A DNA stretch of 63,997 nt, filler included, from Circinaria calcarea (taxonomy: Eukaryota), in the NCBI GenBank assembly GCA_051942165.1. It is 3 parts of 3 records of this genome, joined end to end, with 100 filler letters (N's around TTAATTAATTAA, not from the genome) between each part and the next. Parts side by side here need not be neighbours in the genome. Positions count along the whole stretch, not along the records: positions 21,537 to 42,966 come from JAVECS010000143.1; positions 43,067 to 63,997 come from JAVECS010000156.1; 1 more part is not named here. The stretch is one strand, 5' to 3'. Both the position numbers and the translations under genes were made by a program. This document shows positions 37,717 through 50,000 of this stretch, piece after piece. Position 1 is the first letter of the stretch. Each line of letters begins with the position of its first letter. The notes below the pieces were generated by a model that was not told where the DNA came from, searched no databases, and saw nothing but the letters and a program-made list of their open reading frames with translations.

Positions 37717-38340
37717 TCAATGGCGATTAGGATCGTTCGAAGTTTCCTTTCCAGCAAAAAGGCGAAGACTTTGATGTCTATTTGGCATATCGAAGCTGGA
37801 CTTGAGTTGGGGGGGGGGGTATTGAGGCAGGGATGGAGAAGGAGGGAGGTGGTGATTCTGGGGTGAGAATTTGTGATGTAATTCGGTGGGAAGAGGTTTT
37901 TCGTATATTGTGTGTAGGGTTGTCGTTTGTTCAATTGCTGTGCAAAGGGCTTTCTGCTCTGCGGTGCGGTGCGGTGAGAGTGGTATGTTTATTTAATGGG
38001 AAAAAAAAATCGACGTTCTTTCTCTACCTGGGTATGAAGCGGATTTCATCTCATCCCGCCTTCCTCTTCGACCGTTCCTCCCTGCCGAAATCTTACCGTT
38101 AGCCTTCCGCGACCACCTCACCTCACCTCACCCCACACAACCTTCTTCCACCGAACCCTTCTTTCCCTTTTCCTTCTCCTCCTCTTTCCCATCCCACAGC
38201 ACCCATGTCCCCTACGGTGTTTAACCCACGTCTCGCACACCTTCAGACCCAATCGCTTCCTCGTGTTCGATTGCCTGACAATTCGGGTTCCGACGGAGAG
38301 GGTCATGTATGCAGGGATTGAATTGGTAAATCGTGAAGAA
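37717..38340 (-). other. Candidate unannotated spliced transcript (orphan small protein or structured ncRNA)
   Basis: Introns 38082-38240 (GTGTGC...GCTAAC...GGCAG) and 37959-38027 (GTAGAG...CTCAC...CGCAG). One frame stays open across both junctions to TGA at 37717. Confidence 0.4.
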
Positions 38341-39002
38341 GGATGGCGGCGTTTTCAAGGTGGGGAAGAGGCTGCTATTGGAATAGAGGAGTAGAGAGAT
38401 AAGGTGGGAGGTACATCCCGGGCATGTGCCTTGGGGTTGGTAGAGGAGGTAGGTAAGTGGAAATTGTTCAATCGAGGGAGAAGCACTCTGTACGTAGATC
38501 AGACCCGTGTAACACGATGAGTATGTCCTTCAAGGGGCTTGATATTTTAGTAGGTTATTCATGAATGAGAGGTTATGAAGAGTGATTTGTGCGAAAGCCA
38601 AAGTTGACCTTTGCTTACCTACCTTGAAAGGGAGTCACCGTGTGCTTGTTAGGGGATGTGTCAGTCTCATTTCCGGCATAGACATACAGGATGGACTAGA
38701 AGTAAGTTTGGAGGAGCAAGAAGGGTTAATTTATGGGTCATCTAAGTGGACAATACTGACACAGACGAGAAAGAGCTTTATAGTACTCATATACAGAAGC
38801 TTTCACGATGGTAAACGCTTTGAATCGACAGATTTCATAAGCTGTTTGATTTTCTTCAAAAAACAGCAGATTGCGACCGTAGTCGACTTTCAACGATGAT
38901 AACTCGAAAACCCCAAAACGGAAATGCTATGAATTGGGAATAAGGGGGAAGGACCCACAGCTAAGCAGTTTTACGAAGGAATAACGTTCATCGCGGCCCT
39001 AA

Positions 39003-39834
39003 TCAGACCCTTTCGCTAACCCAAATCGCTCCCTTACACCCACTTCTAATCACATTCGTCAATAGCCCGTAGCCGCCTGCACTCTTCGCATCATGTTCCA
39101 CGGCGGTATCCAAATGCTCCAATTCTTCATCTCTGATCTTCTTCAAAGTCGTCACTAACTCTCTAATCTCTTCGCCCACTTCCTCTCCTTTCTCTTCCAT
39201 TTCCTTCATCCAGCTCAACAATACTCTTACCTGTCCATTATAATGTCCTCCTATCTCCGTCTCAACTGCTTCCGTGCACGCCATCGCTGCTTCTCGTCCT
39301 AGCACCGCCGTTGTCCATCCCAGAGCGGTGGCCGCAAACTTCCAGACCGGATACATTGCGGTTGGACGAATGCGATGGCGTGCAAGGAGGGAATTGAAGG
39401 TGGAGAAGTGGCCAGCTTCTTGGTCGTACATGTGTTGCATTAAGGGGCGCAGGTGGGGATGGGCTTTCACTATGGGGGGAGTCTGGGCAGTGTATATAAG
39501 AGTGGCAGCAAGTTCCCCAGCTTGGTTAACGCGCAGCTACGTGATGAGATATTAGCACAAAGAGATTGTGGAACCTATATTGGAGGGGCCTTACTGCGCT
39601 ATCAAGGAATTGCTGCTGCTCTTTCGAAAGCGGTCGCCTTCGTTTTGCGGTGGACTTGGACTCGAGGGATTTCGGTTTGGGTTCTGACGATGGGGGAGAG
39701 GATGAAGTGGTGATAGGTGCATGCTGTGGTCTCGAAGGTATCCGATACAAACATGGTGCCAGAAAGTCAAGGACTGGTAGTTGGCAATGCGGGCCGGGTC
39801 TGCGAAGGGATCTTAGAGTTAAAGCAGATTTCAT
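39003..39834 (-). CDS. COQ7: 5-demethoxyubiquinone hydroxylase Coq7/Clk-1, mitochondrial (2 exons)
   Basis: FLDSA|LRVNQAGELAATLIYTAQ, EAGH, AMACTEAVETEIGGHYNGQ, RDEELEHLD di-iron ligands, CKGAIWVSERV. Basic presequence. Confidence 0.95.
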
Positions 39835-40349
39835 GTCTTAGTATATCTCTCTCGATCTAGAGTGCAAGATGCCTGTGCTAACTTCCGGTTTGCCTGAGAC
39901 GACACCGTTGAGGATCAGTCTTATTACTGTCCCCGTTGTTCAATTAGTAGTCTTCGCTCTTTGTCTGCGCGTCATCTGCACGTGAGAGACATTCAGCCCT
40001 ACTATCGTCTTGGAGTTGGCGCTAAGCCCAACTTGACAGAGGATCGTGAATTCACTCAACTTTAGACCGTTTCGCTCTGAGTCTGTGCCAACTGCTCTGA
40101 TCGCTCCGAAAAAAGAGGAGGCTGGTTTTATTTCCTAAAGCGATACACTGTCAACTTAGCTTCCTTTTCTATATAAACCCATCTTTACCTCGTCGACCTC
40201 ATCTATTCTTCATCAAACGTTTCTTTTACCCCTGCTTGAGTTACGCTCTGGCAGGATTTACTTGACACCTCTGACCAACTACGTTCACTACCACTTCATT
40301 TCGCTTCGCAGCACGTATCGCTTCAACACATAGCTTCTTACCAGCCGAA

Positions 40350-42518
40350 ATGGCTGATCTCGACGCCGAATTGCTCGCACTTGCGGGCGGTGACTCTTCC
40401 GATGAAGAGGACACTCAACCCACCGTTATTGCTACTAAAGTAGAAACACCTGGGTCTTCTGCTGGTAGTCCCGATCACGGAACCAACGCTGCATCTAACA
40501 GCAAATCTAACGTCACTCCCAAAAAGGCTACCAAGCCAAAGACTGGTGCGCAGAAGAACACCAAGGGTAGGAAGGACGACTCGGAGGAGGAAGGGGAAGC
40601 GTAAGTACTTCTAACCAAGCTGTCGACCTGTTAACTATCACGGCATGAAGTTGATAGAATATCCCAGTTCATCTGCAGCTGGTTCACCCAACTCTCTCGA
40701 ATCGGCACCAATGTCCGAATCCGAGGCTGAGGGCTCCCCAGCTGGTGGCTCCGACAAAGATGGACCGATCTATCCCATCGAGAATAAGTTTTTTTCAGAG
40801 AAAGACAAAGCCGAAATCATGGCACTGTCAGAGGTCGACCGCGAATCTATCCTAGCAGAACGTGCTCAAGAAGTGGAGCGCAAGCAACAAGACCAAATCC
40901 TTCGACGTCTCCTCGAAGGAATCCAAGCCAAAGATGGCGAAAAGTCCAAGTCGTCCGATCAGAAGAAACGCAAAGCCGGTGCTGCCGATTTGGAAGAAGT
41001 TCAGAGAAAGAGCTCTAGACAGAAGACTACTCTTGGCGGACGCAAAGTAGGGGAGACCTCCGATGCTATGGAGGCATACAAGCGTCAGCGTGAGCAGAAG
41101 GGAGTCCTCAACGAACAGAGAAAGCGCGAAGTAGAAGAGCGCAAGAGACGTGGATCGATCGAAGACAAATACTCTGAGGCAGATGCAGACGGCGAGAGCG
41201 AGGTCGAATGGGACAACGGTAAACCAAGAGCTGGACACCGATCTGAATCTGGACCGCGCGATGAACAGCCTGCAGATCTTGCTGACTACAATCACGTCCG
41301 TGTTGGCCGAGACAACTTTGCCATGGTCTGCTTCCATCCTGGGTTCGAGGAAAAGATCAAGAATTGCTTCACTCGTGTCAGCATTGGTATTGATAGATCT
41401 ACTGGAGAGAATGTTTATCGTGTGGCGCAAATCAAGGGTCGGTTGGATGTGCCTACTTTAGATGTGTCTTGCTGACTTTTGCTAGCTTTCACTCTGGGAA
41501 AACCGTACGCACTCGAGAATCCAAACGGAAAGATTGTCACTACGGACCAGTATGTACTGGTTACTGTTGGCAAAGCCGAGAAAGAGTGGCCATTCATCGC
41601 GTGTTCTAATTCAAAAATTACAGAGGTATGCAAGATTTTGCATCATGAGCTTCCAAGTTCTGACATGAGCAGGCTGAATTCGAGAGATACAAGAGAACTC
41701 TCATCGCCGAGAGTCTGCCGCTTCCAACGAAGGCATTCTTGAACTCCAAGATCAACGATATTAACAGTCTCATCAACCACCGCTTCACCAACGAGGAGAT
41801 CGAAGCCAAGATCAAACGCTCGGGTGTCTATAAAGCCAGACTCGCATCCATTGAGCGCGCTCGCCTTAACGCGCTACGTAGAGATGCTGAGGCGGGCTAT
41901 GACGCAGAAGCCGTTGCTAAGATCGACGAGCAGCTCGTTGCCCTCGAAGGTCCGAAATTAGCGTTTGGAACCGGTATCCTCAAAGCCCCTAAAAAGACCA
42001 ACTCTCCAGATGGAAAAACCCAGCAGGAGCGTCTCGCGGAAATCAACCGTGCCAACCGCAAAGCCAATACCCACGATGTGCGTAAAGCGCTACAGAAGGA
42101 ACGCAAAGCCGAAATACTCGCGCGTGAAGCCATCGCGCGTGGAGAAGCGGTCGCGAACCCCTTTGCTCGCGTGAAGACTCGAGCCAAGACCCACCACGAC
42201 AGCAAGGAAATGCTGGCTCCTCGCAAGCTGTACAAGAACCCCGATGACCTTTTCGAGGGCAGCAGTCGCGATGTCAGCCGCGCCGGAACCCCTGCTAGTA
42301 CCGCCGCTGCTGGAACCAACACCCCGAAGAAGACCCCGTTGGGTACACTGATGAAGAGCGGTGTCATTATCCCGGATCTGTCTAGTATTCCGGTGGAGAG
42401 GAGTGGTAGCGCGGAGATTGGGAAGACGGAGAAGATGGTGTTCCCGATCATTCGGACTCGTGCCTTGGATGACGATTTGATGGCCGCGATTGACATGGGG
42501 ATTGATATCGAGATTTGA
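40350..42518 (+). CDS. RTF1: Paf1 complex subunit Rtf1 (Plus3 domain), 4 exons
   Basis: MADLDAELLALAG, YPIENKFFSEKDKAEIMALSEVDRESILAER (HMD), Plus3 domain FTRVSIG...YRVAQIKG...KPY, NRANRKAN, NPFARVKTRAK, ends IDIEI. Confidence 0.93.
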
Positions 42519-42966
42519 GGGAATGGAGAGACGAAAGGATGGAACTGAGAAATTGCAGATGACGAAGGGATGGATCTAAGATATTGGAGCGATTGGAGAC
42601 GACAAAGGGATAGCAATCTGAGCGAGGCCGCGAGATGGAGATGGAGATGGAGATTGCAGATGAGCATTCCTTTGGCGGTTGTGGATGTTGATGGATGAGA
42701 GAGAGGCTCCTGAACCCCAGAATAGCGTCTGTTCTCGTCTCGTTCCCTTTGCATGCCTCCTCCATAGCTTCCTTGTCCCTTTTTGCCCTTGTCGTTTTAG
42801 CCCCCTCCCAACAAATCAAAAAAACACTCGGCATGGAAACCTGCAACTGCACTTGACCTTGACCTTGACCTTGACCTTGCCTTTCCCCGAAGGAAAACCG
42901 ATCTATCCAAGCCTTCCCTCCCTTTTTGTGTTGTGCTGTGCCGGCGGAGGGGAGGGGGGACTGCGG

Positions 42967-43066
42967 NNNNNNNNNNNNNNNNNNNNNNNNNNNNNNNNNN
43001 NNNNNNNNNNTTAATTAATTAANNNNNNNNNNNNNNNNNNNNNNNNNNNNNNNNNNNNNNNNNNNN
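42967..43066. other. Artificial contig-join spacer
   Basis: 44 N + TTAATTAATTAA + 44 N, identical to the first spacer. Confidence 0.97.
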
Positions 43067-43081
43067 AATGTGTGGACTTAC

Positions 43082-44608
43082 TAGCCGCCTCCATTTCCTC
43101 ATCGCTGACTAGCAATGGCCCCCGACCTTGCTCCCTTACCCCCATCCTCTCACTCAACGGGCCCAGAATAGGATCGTCCTTCTCCTCTGCCCATACATCC
43201 GTAAAAGATTTTCGGTACTGCATTTCCAGGTTGTAATCTTCAGCCAATCTACAGCGAGTTAGGTTGCCATAGTATTAAGCATGTAGTGGTTTGGCTACGA
43301 GACTTACGCCCGAAATGCCTCCCATGGAACAACATATTCCGGGATCTCCTCCACTGCTTCTTCCATCCAGTAACTATATTTCCACCCAAAAGGAGGCCGG
43401 AAAATGCCATCTGAAGGGGTTTTGCCAGGGAAGCGAACACGATAGATGCTATTACCCCATTCAGGGACTGCTGGCTCGCCCACTTCGCCATTTTCTGTGT
43501 TCTCTGGTTTGGTAGGCTTGTCCTCATCTTTGGTAGAGTTCCCGTTTGTATTGACAGCGGCTTGCTTCTTATGAAAGTCCTCAACCTTCGCCCGTAAGAT
43601 ATCCGAGTTTGGAATAACCCCCATAAATCTGCCTCCTTTCTTGAGACTCCCAGCGACATTGCGCAACATGCCCCGTGCTTTAACTTCACTTTCAAAAGCA
43701 TAGTGCATGCAAAACATCATTGTCACAATGTCAAATCCACCGCCACCCCACCGCGAGGACCCTCCGCCGCCAGGCCCTACATTACCATCAATACCAACGT
43801 CTCGAACCAACGGAATTTCTCCCAGCCACTCTCCATATCCGTCTTTCGCGAAGAACTCACCTTGGAAAACACGTTGTCTTCCGCGACGCATCTCAGCGTG
43901 TCGATCTCGTGCTTGCTGGATGGATATGTCGGCAGGATCAACGCCAACGTACAAGTCTACGGGCTGAGGTGCTTTCTGCCATTTTCCAAGATCACCGCCT
44001 TTTCCACATCCGATATCAAGAACAAGCAAGCCTGGTGACTCACGAGGGGTGAAATCGTCATTCGGTGAGAACTTTTGAATTAGAGTGCTCTTAACCCAGT
44101 TGTTGAAGTTCCGCAAGCCCCTAATTCTACTATCCGTACGGCGCCAATCTCGACCTCGCTGTGGAACTGCATTGTAGTGCTGGCGAACGACGTCATGCAC
44201 CCCTCGTATCGCTGCAGCCTTTGTAGCTTCCTTGAGCTTTTCCTTCTCCCTTTCTAGCTGTCTTTGTCGAACAGCTTCCTTTTCAGCATTGTTAATACGG
44301 GAAGCACCCCCTGGGCGTTTTCGTTGGCGGACTGGTGATTTCTCAGGTGTCTGTTGATGTTTATTGGAGTGGGCTTCTGCCTCTGGTGTTCGCTGGCGTT
44401 TATTGGAGCCCTTTTCCACCGCATCTGGGGTTCGTTGGCGTTTCCTGGGGCGCTTCTGTCCCTGCTCTGGCGACTGAAGTTGTTTCTTTGATTGGATAGC
44501 TGAGTTGTCTGGTGATGGGGCGCGTTTGGTGTTCTGGTCCTGAGCCGAAAGCGGTGACGACTTGTCTTCTGATTGTGCCGTGAACTTGTCCCGTGCTGGA
44601 TCGTACAT
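43082..44608 (-). CDS. ABD1: mRNA cap guanine-N7 methyltransferase, 3' partial (last exon lost in the gap)
   Basis: LRNFNNWVKSTLI, VLDIGCGKGGDLGKW, MFCMHYAFESE, PEYVVPWEAFRA|LAEDYNLE. A GTAAGT donor at 43081 runs into the N spacer. Confidence 0.93.
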
Positions 44609-44935
44609 AACTGGCTCTTGGAAGCTAGACAGCCTTGAGTGTCGTAGTGTAGTCCTTCAAAGAGACTAATCCTCTGCGGTTTGTTTCTTTTCCTTTGTAC
44701 CTTTGTACATGTATGGTAAGGCACATGTCACTTTGAGTGTTAGACTAGGCTCTCGACGCTAAACTTTGACCCATGCATGGCTTCGGGCCTTCAGCCTCCG
44801 GACCATCATTGTCAGTTGTAAAGGTGATGCATACTGTGTAGGAACATGTCAAAGGAAGAGAAAAGGGATTCACCACGCGACATCTATTCCTCACTCTCTT
44901 TTAAGCTCAGTACTTGTTTTTTTTTTTGACCAAAG

Positions 44936-46524
44936 ATGGGTTCAGATCCACAATATGCAAAATACCCTAACCTCTCTCTCGCTCAAGACATCTTCACACT
45001 CACAAATCCCTCCTCGACGGAACCTATACGACATACTGCTCTAAGAAAGCTCCAAGATGCTATTTCAGAACACAAGATGGCGCCACTGTACCGGCATCTT
45101 GCTCATCCTACAGAAGGTCTACTGAACGCTCCGGGAGAAGGTTCATCACAGAACCCTCCACCTACAACATCAAGGCATCTGAATGGCGCGTCAAGAATCA
45201 TTGCAAGCAACCGGATAGCTTCGACAATTCAGTTTCCTTGGGACGATCAGCTTTATGAAAAGCTGAAGCGCGAGAACGAGCAGGAGTTTGAGACATTTCA
45301 AAAAGAAGAAGAAGAGGCTGCAGAGAAAGCCGGGGATACAGAGGTCCAGGCCGCCAAAGGCAAGAGAGCAGAGTTTTGGGCTCGAGTTGGTGACAAGGTA
45401 TGGATAACAAGTCTTCTGGAGTTTACGTATCTAACTGTCTTGGGTTTTTACTAGGAAAAAGCCATTGCCGCTTACGAAGATGTCTTCGAAAACACAGGTA
45501 TTCTAGGAACCAAAATCGACTTGGTCCTGGCCATTATACGAATCGGTATTTTCTTCAATGATAAGTTAATGGTGAAAAAGCACATCGACCGGGCAAAAGC
45601 ACTGGTAGAGAGTGGAGGCGACTGGGATCGTCGAAACCGTCTGAAAGCGTATCAAGGGCTATATCTGCTCACTGTCCGCTCCTACAACCTCGCCGCCCCT
45701 CTACTTCTCGATAGTCTCTCTACTTTCACTAGTTACGAGCTTTGCAGCTATTCTTCACTTGTCGTTTACTCCGTCCTTGCAGGCGCAGTGTCCCTAAAGC
45801 GGGTGGATTTCAAAGCAAAAGTCGTCGACACGCCGGAGATCCGAGCCATTCTTGGCGACGGAGAAGACAAGTTGGCCGCTTTGTCTGGAGCTACTTCGGC
45901 CGGTCCAGGTGCCGGCGATGAAGAAATGAGAGATGCATCGTCCGCAACTCCTACTCCAGCGCCTACAGCTGTGAATCTTACGACGCTGGGTTCATCCAGT
46001 GACGTCCCAGTAGAGGCTGAGAGTCCCGTTGACTTCACACCCCTTGCCGGCCTAGTCCGAAGTTTGTATGTGGGCAATTACCAATCCTTCTTCCTTGCCT
46101 TGGCTGGGGTGGAGGAAAGCTTTTTGAGCCAAGATCGGTATCTCTATGAGCATCGAGGGTGGTTTGTCCGAGAGATGCGGCTGCGAGGGTACCAGCAGCT
46201 CTTACAGAGCTACAGGATCGTTGGGTTGAAGAGCATGGCTACCGACTTTGGGGTTTCAGTTGACTTTCTTGATCGGTACGTCCTTGTTGGGTTGGCTGCT
46301 GGGAGGGGATGGTGCTAATCGCTGTTTCTAGAGATCTTGCCAAGTTCATTGCAGCAGACCGCATACCCTGCACCATCGACCGAGTAAATGGTATCATTGA
46401 GACCAACCGTCCAGACGATAAGAACAAGCAGTACACAGACGTGGTGAAGCAGGGAGATGCACTGATTACGAAGCTACAGAAGTATGGCCAAGCCGTGAGG
46501 TTAAGGGGGAGCGAGAGAGGATGA
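44936..46524 (+). CDS. RPN7: 26S proteasome lid subunit Rpn7 (3 exons)
   Basis: MAPLYRHL, GGDWDRRNRLKAYQG, REMRLRGYQQLLQSY, FGVSVDFLDR|DL, IDRVNGIIETNRPD, GDALITKLQK. Confidence 0.95.
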
Positions 46525-47085
46525 TTTTCTCGGGTGTCACTTGGTTGGAATCGGCAGTTGGCCGGGTAGTTATGATCAATAGACAGTGCTTAGACACCCA
46601 TAGGTGGTGCAGTCAGCTGCTACTACGGCACCGATCCTAACTCCCCTACTGATTTCGTCCGCGAACAGGATAGTGCTGATGGAGGTGAATTATCAATCAG
46701 CAGTGCTTTTCTCTTCGTTGCCACCCTCCTTTACTCCCCCATCCCTCGTCATTCGGCAGGTATTGCCGGATTTGACCGCTGACATAATGATTCTGCCAAG
46801 CCATGAGGTCCAGAGACGAGCCGGCATGCTCCAATCTCATGTCATTCTTTGATTTTCGTCCTCCAAGTCTTCATCTCTCAATCCAGTTCAGTCCCTTGGT
46901 TCTCTCGTTGCATCGTCGAGTGAAGCAAAGCAGAGAAGGCGTGGGGTAGGGCCAGGCACAGAAAAAGCTGCAAGTGATTCCCTCTGACTTGAATATCACG
47001 GTATAGGAGATCCGTGACCTAATCCCACCTTTGTGGTCAGCTATAAACAATCTTACATCCCCAACGACATTCACCTTTGAGCAGA

Positions 47086-50000
47086 ATGACTTTTCATGCT
47101 GAGGGTTATCCTGAGCACGATTATTCTGATTGGGGCCCCATGGACGAGATTTCTTCAATGGCAGAAGCTAGACCATGGACGAACGGCCGCTCTGCAGAAA
47201 ACCGGTCACTTCAAGCATGTCACGTAATCCAGGAGGACTTGAATCTCGAGAACGGGCATGACGAACCTAGTAATGTTGACGTCGATCGAAAGCTTCAGGA
47301 CGTGGACGAAATTCACGCCGATTCCCCTCCAACTCATTCTAGGATATCGACCAAGCAAGGTCGGTATAGACGCCCAGATTCAGCTAGCAACCCGGCTCAG
47401 TTCGCTTTCGAGCCAGCACCAGACAGACGACAGCTTAATCCTGTGCGTCCCTCCCACGTAGCACAGCATCCCGGCGGGCCGAAAGCAAGTAAGCACGCAA
47501 TCCTTCTGTTTGGGGGGGTTTTTTTTTTTTGGTGGTTGGCTGGCTTATTCACCTTCTTCTCAGCTCAAATGGACATGTCGCCAGTTGACACAAATCAAAT
47601 GAATAACATCGGCGGTCACGAAGAAGTGGATCGGGTTTCTGAGGATCTGATCGAGTCTAAAACACATTCAAGTAATTCTGCCCGTGAACACCGGCACAAC
47701 GAAGAACCATCAGGTACTAATGCCAAACGTCATAATTATGGGCCCGCTCTATTAGTAGGAACGGAATCCACTGTATTAAAACCCGCAAGTAGCGAGCTTC
47801 CCCATCCTGGCGAAGCGCTGAACATACAAGAGGAGTATCTCGATGGACCACCGAATGTTACGCAAGGTTCCCAAGGGCTCGCTCAAGGCACGAATGTTTT
47901 GGCGCCTTTCCCGGGCACTCGTATGGCTTTCAACACCAAATCGGAGAGTCGAATCCCGCGCAATGTCGAAATCGCCCAATCAACACAGCTTTGGTCTGGT
48001 TCACGCCAACCAACTCCATCGGGATTGGAAGTACATCCAGCAGTCAGGCAGCACAGGAGCGTGTCACCCCAAGAGAGGGAGCAGCCACAAAGCCCAAGGA
48101 AAATAAGGAAAGCCAAGAGTCGACGGAAAATGAAGACTACAGGAATGGTAAGTCTGACGGAGACGCCTGCAGACTTTACCAGCACTAAAACACTCCCATC
48201 CCAAGAGGACCTTCTCCACATTCTCATGATGCGTACCCAGCAAGAGACACATGCCAGGGAGCGTGCAAAGTCTGCTCAGCTGGAAACGGATAAACAGCTC
48301 GAAAATACTAAGCAGGCTTGCAGTCGATTAGAAGATCAGGTGCAAGCTCTACGAGATCAGTCGCAAGTTCTACAAGATCAGTTGCAAGTCCTACAAAATC
48401 GAGAAAAAGAACAAGCAGCCCAGCTAAGCATGTATCAAAAGGTACTGCCTGGATGGAAGGCAAAATCCCACAAACTGCATGACTACATCAATGGCCTAAC
48501 CAATGACCACAATAAGCTCAGAAGCGATGCTACTGTGATCCGAAAGGAACTTAAAAATTTATGTGCTGACAAGGCCATCATCGAGGCGTCTCTGAAAGAA
48601 GCCCGAGCAGAAGCCCTAGCAGTCCTCGCATGGAAGCCTTCCGATAGCAAGGCAGCCTTGGCTGAAGCTAGTCGTCAAATCGAGCTCATGGAGCAAGCCA
48701 TACACAGCCAGAGAGCCCAGCTGATTGATGAAAGTAAACTTCTGGATTATGAGCGCAACCGGAATCAACGGCTGGAAGACGAGGTATCGAAGATTTCTAC
48801 GGGTCAACAGGAGATGCGCAGAATAGTCCTAAGCTACCGGGAGGTCGTCAGAGGAAAGTTAGACCAATTACTAAATTCCAGTCTAGCCATGTCGACAATG
48901 GCTAAAGGGGTGGACGAAGAATCAATCAAAGCTATGCTAGATCGATGTGTAGCTTCATTGAGAGAACTCCAAAGTCCTCGGACTGTGAAAATGGAGGACC
49001 TACAACGCCTTGATGAATCTATTAGGGCTTATGCCGATCGGTACGTTCCCACTCGAGACTATTTTCACTTTGACTAACTACCAATAGCGTCATACTTGCT
49101 CTGCAAGAATCGAACCAAACAAGCAAGTCTTCCCAGCAGGAGCGCTCTGCATTTGAGCACGACATCGAAAGGCAGATGAATGCTTTGTCCGCGGGTATTA
49201 AAACCGAAGAAGCACTTTCCCAGCAAATAGTCGACCTTCGTGAAATGAAGGCAACTATTAGAGAAAGATTACAAGCGAGCGATACTGCCCTTGTGGAGAC
49301 GCGACAGAGTCTGGCAGGTTTACAAGGCCGAGAACAACTTCACCTTCAAACAATTTCGGATCTCAAAGCTGATTCAATGGTGCTACGTTCTAACCCAGCC
49401 CAGGATACCACGGCTTTACTGCGCATACGAGAACTGGAATCCGCAAACACTACGTTGGAGGCTGACATAGCTAAGGCGCGACGTGACCTGGTTCAGCAGA
49501 ATGAGGAGATGAACTGTCGTGACGACGCAACTACTCTGATGAAACAGCAACTCAACTCAATCAAGATTGACCTTGAAGAGGCTAAGACAGTAATTGCAGG
49601 TTTGGAGGAAGAAAAAGTCGAGTATAAAGCTCTAGCGAAATCCGAAAAGGAGAATCTGAGTGCACAGTATCTGAAAGCTACAAATGCCGAGAAGGCCATT
49701 CTGAAGAAGGAATACTTAAACGAATTAACCCAGCTTCGGCGTCAGAAAGACGCTGCTGAGGAAAAAGCCCTGCAAAGTGAATCCCAGCTAGAGCAACTTC
49801 GAGCCGAAAAAAGCAATCAAGTGAGTTAGAACTTGGACATTGATTATGCTTACACTAACCATCACATAGAATGAAGGAGCTAGCCAGCTGAGAGCTCAGA
49901 TAGCTTGTCTCGAAATTCAAGGCGCCGAGCAAGCGAAATTGGTAACCCAAATGCAAGAGAAACTCCGACGAGCGGTTGAGGAAGCTGCTTCGAAAGACAC

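Noticed and set aside
37300..38400. Telomerase RNA candidate
   Set aside because: No 1.5-repeat CCCTAA template (only CAACCCTAC) and no recognisable conserved core.
41897..42754. 285-aa antisense ORF, and the many similar antisense ORFs over PLD, ABD1 and RPN3
   Set aside because: Shadow frames of real genes with no recognisable motifs.
11478..46524. Proteasome gene cluster (RPN3 plus RPN7)
   Set aside because: The genes are over 30 kb apart, on different contigs separated by artificial spacers.
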